From: Candidatus Eiseniibacteriota bacterium
GTDB lineage: Bacteria; Eisenbacteria; RBG-16-71-46
Assembly (NCBI GenBank): GCA_963725865.1
Contig: CAVSAC010000014.1
Location: forward strand, 576,001-640,000
DNA length: 64,000 bases
Direction of reading: 5' to 3'
The first letter of the stretch is position 1. Every line of letters begins with the position of its first letter. Below are positions 1 to 13,704 of the stretch, piece after piece. The notes beneath the pieces were generated by a model. That model made no database searches. It was not told the DNA's origin and saw nothing but the letters and a program-made list of their open reading frames with translations. The position numbers and the translations under genes are program-made.

Positions 1-587
1 TGTTGCGCGCCTTCTGGAGGCGCCTGGCGCCGCGCGTGGGCGGGCTTACGCGACATCAGCTCGACCCCCTCGACCGGCTGGTCGCGGGCGGGCGCGGGGG
101 TGCGCGGGTGATGCTCCCCGGCGGCCGGGTGGCCGAACGCGAGGCCGGAGTCGTAACCTTCCGGGTGAACAGGAGCCGACCCCGCCGGGAGTCCGTGGCG
201 GCGCGCGCGCTGCGCGTGCCCGGGCGGGCGCCCGCGAACGCGGGGGCGGTCCGGAGCAGTTGGACCAGTGGCGCGATCGCGCGCCGCAGCGCGGGGCGGG
301 CGAGCCCGCGCGAGGAGTACTTCGCCGCCGAGGGCCTGGCGGGCAGGTTGGAGGTGCGTGACGGTCGTGCCGACGAGTGGTTCGTGCCGTTCGGACGGTC
401 GCGCCCGGTGCGTCTGAAGGAGTTCTTGCGGAAGCAGCCGGTTTCCCGGGACCTGAGGTCCCATCCGAGCGTACTAGCCGACGCCGGAGGCATCCTGTGG
501 GTGGTGGGCGTGCGGCGCGCCGCGCGAGCGGCGGTGACGCGGTCCACCCGGCGGGCCCTCCGGGTCCTCGTGGAGTCCCATGACTGA
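1..587 (+). CDS. tilS: tRNA(Ile)-lysidine synthase, C-terminal part (5' truncated by window edge)
   Basis: TilS_C-like tail (FVPFGRSRPVRLKEFLRKQPV...ILWVVGVR); sits in the conserved tilS-hpt-ftsH order. Confidence 0.85.
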   Translation, partial: LRAFWRRLAPRVGGLTRHQLDPLDRLVAGGRGGARVMLPGGRVAEREAGVVTFRVNRSRPRRESVAARALRVPGRAPANAGAVRSSWTSGAIARRSAGRASPREEYFAAEGLAGRLEVRDGRADEWFVPFGRSRPVRLKEFLRKQPVSRDLRSHPSVLADAGGILWVVGVRRAARAAVTRSTRRALRVLVESHD

Positions 588-1131
588 CCATCCGCCCGCC
601 GTCCAGACCGAGCCCGGCCTCCGGGTGATGTTCTCCGCCGAGCAGATCCAGACGCGCGTGCGCGAGCTGGGACTGGAGCTGGCGCGGGACTATGCCGGCA
701 AGAAGCCGCTGTTCGTGGCCGTGCTCAAGGGCGCCTGCATGTTCCAGTGCGACCTGGCCCGGGCGACGCCGATCGATCTGGAGCTCGACTTCCTCGCGGT
801 GTCGTCGTACGGACGCAGCACCACGTCGAGCGGGAACGTGAAGCTGATCATGGACCTCCGCTCGGACATCAGCGGGCGCCATCTGGTGCTCTGTGAGGGC
901 GTCGTGGACTCGGGGCTCAGCGTGCGGTTCATCCTCGATCTGCTGAAATCCCGCGGTGCCGCGAGCATCAAAGTGGCGGCGCTGCTGGACAAGCGCCCGT
1001 GCCGCAAGCTGGAGGTGCCGGTCGACTACGCGGGCTGGACCATCGGCTCCGAGTTCGTGATCGGCTATGGAATGGATTTCGAGGAGCGGTACCGCAATCT
1101 GCCCTACGTGGGCGTCGTCGAGGAGGCGTGA
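580..1131 (+). CDS. hpt: hypoxanthine phosphoribosyltransferase
   Basis: [15 protein letters not shown]...[25 protein letters not shown] motifs. Confidence 0.93.
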   Translation: MTDHPPAVQTEPGLRVMFSAEQIQTRVRELGLELARDYAGKKPLFVAVLKGACMFQCDLARATPIDLELDFLAVSSYGRSTTSSGNVKLIMDLRSDISGRHLVLCEGVVDSGLSVRFILDLLKSRGAASIKVAALLDKRPCRKLEVPVDYAGWTIGSEFVIGYGMDFEERYRNLPYVGVVEEA

Positions 1132-1135
1132 TCCG

Positions 1136-3211
<2,076 letters not shown>

Positions 3212-3563
3212 CCGCTCGACATTTCGCGGACATCCGGGCGCCCGGCCTCACGGTCGGGCGCCCGTCGCATGTGCGGGCTGGCAGCCGGGCGGGTGGACCC
3301 GGGCCGTGGCTGCGCACGCGCCCACTCAGGACGCGGGGCCGGTGGCCCCCAGCCAGGGTGCCGCGTCCGGCGCCGCGGGAGCCGCGCTGGCCCGCCCGCA
3401 CCGGGGTCACCACGAGGTTTCACGTCCGCCTTGCAACTTTGTAGGCCGCTCGAACGTCCAATCGTGCGTCACGTGAATGCGACGCGTGGCGAGCGACCCT
3501 CCAGTCGTGATGGTCTTCCGGAGCGAGCCGGAGCGGTGAGGCAAGCACCGCGACGCCGGCAGA

Positions 3564-3600
3564 AACGCCCGGCCAGAGGATGGCCGGGCGTTCGCGTTTT
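3564..3600 (+). terminator. intrinsic terminator hairpin (possibly bidirectional)
   Basis: 12-bp stem AACGCCCGGCCA/TGGCCGGGCGTT followed by CGCGTTTT, between convergent ftsH and fadJ. Confidence 0.7.
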
Positions 3601-3694
3601 CGCGCGGCGCAGTCGCGCGGCGTGGGTCGAGGGAGCGGGCGATCGCGACTGCGTGGCGGGTGCGGGCTCCGCTCTGCGGCCGACGCCCCCCGCT

Positions 3695-5845
3695 TCAGCT
3701 CCGCGGCGGCGGATCGGTGAACGTCGTCCCATCCGTCACCTTGCGACTCAGCAGCTTCGCGGGCGCGAACCGCTCGCCCTTCTCGGCGCGCAGCGCGGTC
3801 AGCCGCGCCTCGACCTTCGCCAGCCCGAGCGTGTCGGCCCAGCGCAGCACGCCGCCGCGGTACGGCGGGAACCCGGTGCCGAAGATCATCGCCAGGTCGA
3901 GCATGCCGGCATCCGCCACCACGCCCTCCTCGAGGCAGCGCACCGCCTCGTTGATCATCGCGAGCACCATGCGATCCGAGAGCGCCTCGAGGCTCGGCGC
4001 CTTGCGCTCGCGCCTCATCCCCAGCAGCGCCGCGAGCGAGCCGTCCGGCTCGCGCTTGCGGCCGCGATGGCGGTAGAAGCCGAGTCCGCTCTTCCTGCCC
4101 AGCCGGCCCGCCTCGACCAGCTTGGCGAGCGCCGGCGCCTCCGTCATGTGGTCGGGGAACGCCTTCGCGAGCACCGCGGCCACCTTGCTGGCCACGTCCA
4201 GGCCGACCTCGTCCACCACCTCGAACGGTCCCATCGGCATCCCGAAGCGCTTCATGGACGCGTCGATGTCGGCGATCGGGAAGCCCTCCTCGAGCAGGTG
4301 GAGCGCCTCGCGCAGGTAGGGCATCAGGATCCGGTTCACCACGAAGCCGGGCGCGTCGCGCACCACCACCGGGGTCTTGCCCATCCGGCGCGCGAGCGCC
4401 ACCGCGCTGACGAGCGCGGCGTCGCCGGTGGCCTGGCCGCGCACCACCTCGACCAGCGGCATGCGATGGACGGGGTTGAAGAAGTGGAAACCGCAGAAGC
4501 GCTCGGGGTGCTGCAGCCCGGAGGCGAGCGCCTCGACCGAGAGCGACGAGGTGTTGGTGGCGAGCAGCGCCTCGGGGCGCATGCGCACCTCGAGCTCCGC
4601 GAACACCCGGCGCTTGATGTCGAGATCCTCGACCACCGCCTCCATCGCGAAGTCCGCGCGTTGCACGCCCGACAGCTCGACCGTGGTCGTGACGCGCGCC
4701 ATCTGGTTGTCACGCTCGCCGGCTCCCGTGCGCTTCTTGCGGCCGCGCTCCTCGATCAGCCCGCGCATCGTCACCAGCGCGCGCGTCAGCGCTGCCGGCG
4801 CGATGTCGCGTACGCGCACCTCGATCCCGCTGCGGCTCGCCAGCTCGGCGATGCCGCCGCCCATCAGGCCCGCGCCGACCAGCACCATGCGGTCGATGCG
4901 CGCCGGCTGGAGCGTCGCGTCCGCCACCACCGCATCCTTCTTGGCGCGCTCCGAGAGCAGGAAGATCCGCACGAGGTTCTTGCACACCGGCCCGGTGACC
5001 AGGTGCGCGATCTCCTCGACCTCCAGCGCCAGCCCGCGCTCGAGCGGCTGGCCGGCCCCGTGCTCGAGCACCCGCAGGATGGCGTTGGGCGCGGGATAGT
5101 TCCCGCCGGTGCGCGCCTTGACCGAGCCGCGCGCCTGACTGAACGCGAGCGCGCGTCCGAACGGCGTGCGGTCGAGGAACCACGCCATCGCGTCCCGCGG
5201 ACGGTAGCGGTCGCGGCGCGTGGACGCCGGCCGCGCCAGCAGCTCGCGGACGCGCCGCTCGGCGGCCTCGACCAGCCACACCCCCGGCACCGCGCGCGCG
5301 ATCAGGCCCATGCGCTCGGCGCGCCGCGCGTCGAGCGCGCGGCCGCTCAGCAGCAGGTCGAGCGCCGCCGGCAGCCCGATCAAGCGCGGCAGCCGCGTGG
5401 TGCCGCCGAAGCCGGGCAGGATGCCGAGCAGCACTTCGGGCAGCCCGATCTGGGTGCCCGGCTCCTCGCTCGCGACGCGCGAGTGGCAAGCCAGTGCCAA
5501 CTCGGTGCCGCCGCCGAGGCACACACCGTCGATCGCCGCGACGGTCGGCACCGTGAGCGCCGCCAGCCGGCCGTACGCCGTGTGGGCACGGCGCACCAGC
5601 GCCTTCACGCGCTCGGGATCGGTGATCGAGGCGATCGCCTGCACGTCGGCGCCGGCGACGAACGAGCCATTCTTGCCGCTGCGCACGATCACGCCCCGCA
5701 CGCCCGGATCGGACTCGAGCTGCGCGAGGGCCGCCTCGAGACTCTCGAACGCCGCCTCGTCCAGCACGTTGATACGACGCGCCGGATCGTCCATCACCAG
5801 ATGGGCCAGCCCCTCGGCTCCGCGGTCGATGCGGAACGCGCTCAT
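3695..5845 (-). CDS. fadJ: fatty acid oxidation complex alpha subunit (enoyl-CoA hydratase / 3-hydroxyacyl-CoA dehydrogenase)
   Basis: FVAGADV, CLGGGTELALAC, LPEVLLGILPGFGGT, GAGLMGGGIA, TNTSSL, GFHFFNPV; ATG overlaps thiolase stop (ATGA). Confidence 0.93.
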   Translation of the reverse strand: MSAFRIDRGAEGLAHLVMDDPARRINVLDEAAFESLEAALAQLESDPGVRGVIVRSGKNGSFVAGADVQAIASITDPERVKALVRRAHTAYGRLAALTVPTVAAIDGVCLGGGTELALACHSRVASEEPGTQIGLPEVLLGILPGFGGTTRLPRLIGLPAALDLLLSGRALDARRAERMGLIARAVPGVWLVEAAERRVRELLARPASTRRDRYRPRDAMAWFLDRTPFGRALAFSQARGSVKARTGGNYPAPNAILRVLEHGAGQPLERGLALEVEEIAHLVTGPVCKNLVRIFLLSERAKKDAVVADATLQPARIDRMVLVGAGLMGGGIAELASRSGIEVRVRDIAPAALTRALVTMRGLIEERGRKKRTGAGERDNQMARVTTTVELSGVQRADFAMEAVVEDLDIKRRVFAELEVRMRPEALLATNTSSLSVEALASGLQHPERFCGFHFFNPVHRMPLVEVVRGQATGDAALVSAVALARRMGKTPVVVRDAPGFVVNRILMPYLREALHLLEEGFPIADIDASMKRFGMPMGPFEVVDEVGLDVASKVAAVLAKAFPDHMTEAPALAKLVEAGRLGRKSGLGFYRHRGRKREPDGSLAALLGMRRERKAPSLEALSDRMVLAMINEAVRCLEEGVVADAGMLDLAMIFGTGFPPYRGGVLRWADTLGLAKVEARLTALRAEKGERFAPAKLLSRKVTDGTTFTDPPPRS

Positions 5846-7125
5846 GACGCGCGCTCCAGAACGAACGCCGCGCCCTGCCCGCCACCCACGCAGAGCGAGG
5901 CGATCCCGCGCTGCGCGCCACGGCGGCGCAGCTCCATCAGCAGCGTGAGCAGCAACCGCGCGCCGCTGGCGCCGACCGGGTGCCCGAGCGCGATCGCGCC
6001 CCCGTTCACGTTCAACCGCTCGCGCGGGATCGCGCCGAGCGCGCGATCGCGCCCCAGCTCGTCGCGCGCGAACGCGGGCGACTTCGACGCCGCCAGGCAG
6101 GCCAGCACCTGCGCGGCGAACGCCTCGTTGATCTCGATCAGCTCCATGTCGTCGAGCGCCAGCCCGGCCTTCGCGAGCGCCTGCGACATCGCGAACACCG
6201 GGCCGAGCCCCATGCGCCGGGGCGACAGCCCCGCGAACGCGAACGAGTGGATGCGCCCGAGCGGCGGCGTCGGCCAGGCCTGCGCGGTGGCGTCGTCGCC
6301 GATCAGCAGCGCGACCGCCCCGTCGGTGATCGGACACGAGTTGCCGACCGTCACGGTGCCGTTGCGGCGGTCGAAGAACGGCTTGAGCTTCGCGAGCTGC
6401 TCGATCGTCTGGCCCTCGCGCGGACCGACATCGTCCATCACCGCCTCGTGCTTGGGTGGCGGGAACACCGGCACGATCTCCTCGCGCAGCCGTTCGCGCG
6501 CGGCGAGGGTGCGCACGTGGCTCTCGAGCGAGTAGGCGTCCTGCTGCTCGCGCGTGATCCGGAACTCGCGGCTGAGCACCTCGGCGGTCTGCCCCATGTT
6601 GAGTCCGCAGGTGAGGTCGGTGAGCCCCTCCATGATCGAGATGCGCGGCGCCAGCATTCTTGGACGGAACGCGGCGAATGCGCCGAGCTTCTGCACCGGG
6701 GACTTCGCCCGCATCAGGCCTTCGAGCCAGTCGGAGTAGTCGAAGTTGTACATCAGCGGGATCTGGCTCATGGACTCCATGCCGCCGGCCAGCACCAGCG
6801 AGGCTTCGCCGGCGCGAATGCGCAGCGCCGCATCCGCCACCGACTCCATCCCCGACGCGCAGTTGCGGTGCACGGTGAACCCGGGCACGCGCTCCGGGAT
6901 GCCGGCGCGCAGCGCGGTCACGCGGGCGACGTTGGCGGCCTCGGCGGGCTGGGCGCAGTTGCCGAGGATGACCTCGTCGAGGCGCGCCGGATCGAGGTCC
7001 TGGCGGGCCAGCAGCTCGGCCAGGACCACGCGTCCCAGCTCGTAGACCGGGGTGCGCCTGAAGACCGTGCCCGACTTGGCGAACGGCGTGCGCAGCCCGG
7101 CCAGGATCCAGACCGCATCGCTCAT
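5842..7125 (-). CDS. fadI: acetyl-CoA C-acyltransferase (3-ketoacyl-CoA thiolase)
   Basis: RNCASG, NEAFAAQ, GGAIALGHPVGASG, LCVGGGQG. Confidence 0.93.
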   Translation of the reverse strand: MSDAVWILAGLRTPFAKSGTVFRRTPVYELGRVVLAELLARQDLDPARLDEVILGNCAQPAEAANVARVTALRAGIPERVPGFTVHRNCASGMESVADAALRIRAGEASLVLAGGMESMSQIPLMYNFDYSDWLEGLMRAKSPVQKLGAFAAFRPRMLAPRISIMEGLTDLTCGLNMGQTAEVLSREFRITREQQDAYSLESHVRTLAARERLREEIVPVFPPPKHEAVMDDVGPREGQTIEQLAKLKPFFDRRNGTVTVGNSCPITDGAVALLIGDDATAQAWPTPPLGRIHSFAFAGLSPRRMGLGPVFAMSQALAKAGLALDDMELIEINEAFAAQVLACLAASKSPAFARDELGRDRALGAIPRERLNVNGGAIALGHPVGASGARLLLTLLMELRRRGAQRGIASLCVGGGQGAAFVLERAS

Positions 7126-7135
7126 GGGACCGCCT

Positions 7136-7924
7136 CTAGTGCCGCGGGAGCCGGTTGAGCAGCTCGCGCGCCTCGGCCTGGTACTTCCGGTCGCGTGCGC
7201 TGCTGGTGGGTGCGAGCGAGACCGCCTTGTCGAGCTCGCGCCGCGCGTCGTCCCAGCGCTTGAGCTCCATGTACGTGCGACCGAGCTCCAGCCGGTGGTT
7301 CACGTAGTCGGGCTCCAGCGCGATCGCCCGCTGGAAGTCGCGCACCGAGTTGTCCATCGACGCGCCCTTGGGAACCCCGCCCAGCACGGTGTTGGCAGCC
7401 GTGCGCTCGATGAAGTTGAGGCTCGCGATCTTGCGATTCCAGACCGCGCGCACGTGGTAGGCGCGGCCGATCTCGGGGTCGATCGAGATGGCGCGGTCCA
7501 CCTCGTCCTTGATCTCACGCGACAGCGCGAGCCGGGTCTTGGGGCCCTCCTTGAGCGCCTGGCGGCCGAGCGCCACCGCGAGCCACACGTGCCCGACCGC
7601 ACTGTCCGGCGCGGCCTTCACCGCAGCACGGGCGTGCGCGACCGCCGCCGAGACCAGCCGGCTGCGGGCGTCGTGCTCGGCGTCCTCTCCCAGCTCCGAC
7701 TCGACGCGCGCCAGGCGGCACAGCGTCGGGAACGAACCCGGCTGCTCCTGGAGCGCCGCCTCGTACGCCGCGCGGGCGTCGGCGAGGTCGCCCCGTGCGT
7801 ACATGCGGTCGCCGCGCTCGAGATCCTGAGCGAGCGACTGTGCGGCCGCGGGTCCGGCGGCGAGCATCAGGGCGAACGCCATGAGGGCTGCCGTGGCGGC
7901 ACGGGACCAGTGGTCGACGGCCAT
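7136..7924 (-). CDS. secreted TPR protein (RMD1/RMDN-like)
   Basis: Signal peptide ending AAA-Q, several TPR-like helix pairs; RBS GAGGAGG upstream of ATG 7924. Confidence 0.7.
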   Translation of the reverse strand: MAVDHWSRAATAALMAFALMLAAGPAAAQSLAQDLERGDRMYARGDLADARAAYEAALQEQPGSFPTLCRLARVESELGEDAEHDARSRLVSAAVAHARAAVKAAPDSAVGHVWLAVALGRQALKEGPKTRLALSREIKDEVDRAISIDPEIGRAYHVRAVWNRKIASLNFIERTAANTVLGGVPKGASMDNSVRDFQRAIALEPDYVNHRLELGRTYMELKRWDDARRELDKAVSLAPTSSARDRKYQAEARELLNRLPRH

Positions 7925-8157
7925 GGTGAAATCCTCCTCCTCGGCGCTCCGTGCGCCGACAGACCGGGCGACTCTCACGCAGCACCGCGACGATGTCAAC
8001 GCTCCAGCCCGCGCGACCCGCCCGCGCCGCGGTGCGTGCGGCCGCACGCGGACGCGCCGGATCCCGTGCGGACCGTTTTCGCTTGAGCGCGCCGTCGCGG
8101 GGTGTTAGTCACTCCCACTCAGGCCGCCCCTCTCCTGCGGCCCACCCGGAGGCCGGC

Positions 8158-9966
<1,809 letters not shown>

Positions 9967-10013
9967 CGCGACGGCAAGGTCGTTCCCAACCCCATTCCAG
10001 GAGACCGGACACG

Positions 10014-11300
10014 ATGAAACGGACGAGGTTCGCCCTCACCGCCGCGTTGTTCGTGGCGGCGGTCCTTCCGACGTTGGCGCGCGCCGCGGGGTACGCCATC
10101 TACGAGCAGGGCTCCGCCGTGCTCGGCATGGCCGGGGCCGGTACGGCCTCCGTGCACGATCCATCGGCGGTGTTCTTCAACCCCGCCCGCTTGATCGCGC
10201 TGCCCGGGACGCAGCTCTACGCCGGCGGCAACGCGCTGACGGTATCGAACTCGTTCGCCGGCGTGGCGCCCTATCCGGGCTACGGCGTGACCGAGGCGAT
10301 GGTGACCCAGACCTTCTACCCGCCGAACGTCTACGCGACGACCAATCTGGGCGGCGAGTTCGCTCTCGGCGTCGGCTTCAACGCGCCGTTCGGGCTCGGC
10401 ATCGAGTGGGAGCACCCGAAGACCTTCACCGGCCGCGCGATCGCCACCAAGGCCGACGTGCAGGGCCTCAACGCGTCGGCGGTCATGGCGCACGCGCTCG
10501 GCCCGCACGCCAGCGTGGCGGTCGGGTTCGACGCGCTCTACGCGCGCGTGAACCTGCACCAGGTCGCGCAGAGCGTGGTGCCGGGCGGTGGTGGGGCGAT
10601 CGTGGACGTCGCGACCGTCGAGCTCGACGCCAAGTACCAGCCCGGGTACGGGTGGAACGCCGGCCTGTGGCTGCAGCCCACCGACCGCACGCAGATCGGT
10701 CTTGCCTACCGCAGCCGCATCGCGGTCGAGGTGGACGGCACCGCGAACTTCACGCTCATCCCGACCGGCAACCCGCTGGTCGACGCCGGCGCGGCAGCGA
10801 AGCTGGTGGACCAGGACGTCGCGAGCACGCTGCGCTTCCCGGCGATCTGGTCGCTCGGCGTCGCCTACTCGCCGGTCGAGCAGTGGACGTTCGAGGGGGA
10901 CTTCAACTGGACCGAGTGGTCGTTCTTCACGGACCTCCCGATCGAGTTCAAGTCGACCCCGGCGCTCAACAAGAAGGTGCAGGAGGACTACCAGGACCAG
11001 TACCAGGTCCGGCTCGGCGCCGAGCACCGGCTGCCCAGTTTCACTTACCGCTTCGGCTATTATTACGATCGCGCCGCCGCGCCGACGCAGTCGGTGACGC
11101 CGCTGCTGCCGGACTCCGATCGCAACGGCGTCTCGTTCGGCCTCGGTCTGCCGATCGCCCGCGGCATGACCCTCGACGCCTACGATTGCGCGCTGTTCGT
11201 CCGCCGTCGCAGCACCGACGGCCAGGAGCGCGACAACTTCAACGGGGTCTACGAGGGGTTCGTGAACCTCGCCGGCGCGGCCCTGTCCTGGCGCTTCTAG
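10014..11300 (+). CDS. fadL: outer membrane long-chain fatty acid transporter, FadL/OmpP1 family
   Basis: Signal peptide, AGYAIYEQG...GMAGA, FFNPA, APFGL, C-terminal W-R-F. Confidence 0.9.
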   Translation: MKRTRFALTAALFVAAVLPTLARAAGYAIYEQGSAVLGMAGAGTASVHDPSAVFFNPARLIALPGTQLYAGGNALTVSNSFAGVAPYPGYGVTEAMVTQTFYPPNVYATTNLGGEFALGVGFNAPFGLGIEWEHPKTFTGRAIATKADVQGLNASAVMAHALGPHASVAVGFDALYARVNLHQVAQSVVPGGGGAIVDVATVELDAKYQPGYGWNAGLWLQPTDRTQIGLAYRSRIAVEVDGTANFTLIPTGNPLVDAGAAAKLVDQDVASTLRFPAIWSLGVAYSPVEQWTFEGDFNWTEWSFFTDLPIEFKSTPALNKKVQEDYQDQYQVRLGAEHRLPSFTYRFGYYYDRAAAPTQSVTPLLPDSDRNGVSFGLGLPIARGMTLDAYDCALFVRRRSTDGQERDNFNGVYEGFVNLAGAALSWRF

Positions 11301-11321
11301 CCCACCACGGGAGAACTAGCG

Positions 11322-12683
11322 ATGAAACGGTATCTCGTCGTCCTGCTCCTCGCGCTCGCCGTGGCCGCGTCCGGCTGTGGCAAGGCGCATCCCATCCTGG
11401 CGCCGGGTTCGGCCACGCTCACCGGCGGGAGCGCCGACTTCTCGCGCTATGTCGCGATGGGCACCAGCATCACTGCCGGCACGCAGTCGAACGGCCTCGA
11501 GGTGACCCACCAGCAGAAGTCTTACGCCTATCTGTTCGCCCAGCAGATCAACTCGTCGCGTTTCACGATTCCCTCGGTGAGCGTGCCGGGCATCCCGGCG
11601 CTGCTGCGCATCAAGGGCGTCACGCCGCTCGGCGGGGTGATCATCAACAACACTGGCATTCCGAACGGCGCGGAGACCAACCGCGCGCAGGCCACCGCGT
11701 TCGACAACATGGGGGTGCCGTTCTCGGTGCTGCCGGATGTCGGCGCGTTCCCCGGCGTCTCGGACACCACGGCCTACTACACGCCGCGCGCTCCGGGCGA
11801 CCAGCGGCCCGTGATGTTCGACATCGTGGTGCGTCATCGCGGCACCATCCTGTCGCAGGTCGCGAGCCTGGCGCCGACGCTCATCACGTTCGAGTACGGC
11901 TCGAACGAGGTGCTCGGCCCGGCGACCACCGGCGCCGGCACGGTGCTCGTGCCGCCGGCCAACTGGGCGGCGCTGCTCAACGGCACCCTGAACGCGCTGC
12001 AGCTGGCGGCGCCGGGCGCGAAGCTGGTGCTGTTCACGGTGCCGGATCCGACCGTGGTGCCCTACATGACCACGTTCAAGCCCTACGCGCTCGACGCGGC
12101 CGGCAGCCCGGTCGCGCTGCTGGGCCCGAGCGGCCCGCTGAGCCCCGCCGACCTCGTCCCGCTGGGCGCCAGCGACTCGCTCGCGATCGGCACCGGCTTC
12201 CCGGTCGGGGTGGCCTCGTACCTCTCCGGGCTGCCGGGCAACGGGCGCCCTCTGCCGCCCGAGCTGGTGCTCTCGGTGAGCGAGCAGGCCGGCATCCGCA
12301 CCGGGGTGGATGCGTACAACACCGCGGTGCGCAACGAGGCCGCGGCGCGCGGCGCGGCGCTGGTCGACATGGGCGGCCTGCTGCATACGCTCAGCGTCTC
12401 GGGGCTGCGCTACCAGGCCCAGGTGCTCACGACCGCGTTCGTGACGGGCGGACTGTTCAGCCTCGATGGGGTGCACCCGACCGACATCGCGCACGGGGTG
12501 CTGTGCAACGCGCTGGTCGACGCGGTGAACCTGAAGTTCGGAGCCAACGTCGCGCACGTCGATCTGAGCACCGTGGCGAGCGCCACGTCGTCGCGGGCGC
12601 TCCCCGCGGGCGCGGTCGAGGGCGCGTTGCCGTGGGTGGAGAACGCCGAGCGTTTCGGGATCGGCTACGTGCCCTGGCGCTGA
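11322..12683 (+). CDS. SGNH/GDSL-like lipase lipoprotein
   Basis: Lipobox ASG-C; YVAMGTSITAG (block I), GSNEVL, FSLDGVHP (block V); adjacent to fadL. Confidence 0.8.
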   Translation: MKRYLVVLLLALAVAASGCGKAHPILAPGSATLTGGSADFSRYVAMGTSITAGTQSNGLEVTHQQKSYAYLFAQQINSSRFTIPSVSVPGIPALLRIKGVTPLGGVIINNTGIPNGAETNRAQATAFDNMGVPFSVLPDVGAFPGVSDTTAYYTPRAPGDQRPVMFDIVVRHRGTILSQVASLAPTLITFEYGSNEVLGPATTGAGTVLVPPANWAALLNGTLNALQLAAPGAKLVLFTVPDPTVVPYMTTFKPYALDAAGSPVALLGPSGPLSPADLVPLGASDSLAIGTGFPVGVASYLSGLPGNGRPLPPELVLSVSEQAGIRTGVDAYNTAVRNEAAARGAALVDMGGLLHTLSVSGLRYQAQVLTTAFVTGGLFSLDGVHPTDIAHGVLCNALVDAVNLKFGANVAHVDLSTVASATSSRALPAGAVEGALPWVENAERFGIGYVPWR

Positions 12684-12715
12684 GCGACGCGGGCGCGCCC
12701 GCGCTCGCAGATCCC

Positions 12716-12747
12716 ACGGGGGCGGAGCCCGACGGCTCCGCCCCCGT
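12716..12747. terminator. GC-rich hairpin between convergent genes
   Basis: 14-bp stem ACGGGGGCGGAGCC/GGCTCCGCCCCCGT with a 4-nt loop; no clear U-tract. Confidence 0.5.
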
Positions 12748-12843
12748 CGCATGCCCGCCCGCCTCGGGGTCGCGCCCGAGCGAGTCCGCGCGCGAACGAC
12801 TCACGCGACCCGCGCGCGGCCGTCCGGCGCGTCGCGGCGGAGC

Positions 12844-13704
12844 TCAGCGCGCGCCGATCCAGCGCGTCGTCGACTGGATCCACTGCATCACGCGGTCCAG
12901 GTAGCCGGGCGCCTTCAGCAGCTCCGCGCGCGTGGCCGCGGGCACCAGCCAGCGCTCGACCCGCACGCGGGGCGCGCGGAAGATCTCCTCCGCCACGGTG
13001 GGCGGCGCAACTTCGTCCTTGCCGGCGAGCATCAGCAAGACGGGCACCCGCAGGCGCCCGGCGGCCACGAACGGCTCGTCCGAGTTGCTGAGCAGCCGGC
13101 GCTGCCGGCTCACCGCGTCGGGGATCACCGAAGTGCCGTTCCACCTCATGACCTCGTCGGTGCTGCGGAACGGGTTGTCGATCACGATCGCGTCGACCGC
13201 GCCGCGGTCGCGCGCCGCCGCCGCGAGCATCACCGCGCCGCCGAGCTCGTGCCCCCATCCGAACACGCAGCCGCCGGAGTCCGCATGCGCCCGCGCGTAG
13301 CGGAGCGCCCCCTGCGCGTCGTCGATCCAGCGCGACGCGAGCACCACGTCGCGGAGCGAGTCGGCCGCGCCGGGGCCCTGCGGGCCGAAATCGCGGTAGT
13401 CGAACAGCAGCACCGCGCAGCCGCGGTCGTAAAACGCGCGCGCGACCGGCAGCAGGTCGGCGCGATTGCCCTTGCTGGCGTCGGCCAGCACGATCACCGG
13501 CGCCCGGCGCGGGCCTGGAATCCACCACGCATCGAGCGCGACGCTGTCGCGCGCCGATCGCACCACGACCGGCTCGAACGGCAGCGAGAACGCCTGCGGC
13601 GTGTGCGCGAGGCTCGCCGAGGGCTCCACCGCACGCGCGGTGGCCGCCGCCAGCAGCAGCCCCATCACGCCCAGCGGCACCCCGCACCGGCGGCGTGCGG
13701 TCAT
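12844..13704 (-). CDS. secreted alpha/beta-hydrolase fold protein, probably catalytically degenerate
   Basis: LDAWWIPG, LLFDYRDFG, PVLLMLAGKDEVAP; nucleophile elbow reads GHELGG; ATG overlaps DUF885 stop. Confidence 0.7.
   Translation of the reverse strand: MTARRRCGVPLGVMGLLLAAATARAVEPSASLAHTPQAFSLPFEPVVVRSARDSVALDAWWIPGPRRAPVIVLADASKGNRADLLPVARAFYDRGCAVLLFDYRDFGPQGPGAADSLRDVVLASRWIDDAQGALRYARAHADSGGCVFGWGHELGGAVMLAAAARDRGAVDAIVIDNPFRSTDEVMRWNGTSVIPDAVSRQRRLLSNSDEPFVAAGRLRVPVLLMLAGKDEVAPPTVAEEIFRAPRVRVERWLVPAATRAELLKAPGYLDRVMQWIQSTTRWIGAR

Noticed and set aside
3500..3560. Fluoride riboswitch or SRP RNA identity for the intergenic structure
   Set aside because: Only GATGG resembles crcB, the SRP GGAA-loop motif is absent, and no gene follows on that strand
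3269..6535. 1088-aa + strand ORF
   Set aside because: Antisense shadow of fadJ/fadI in GC-rich DNA; no motifs
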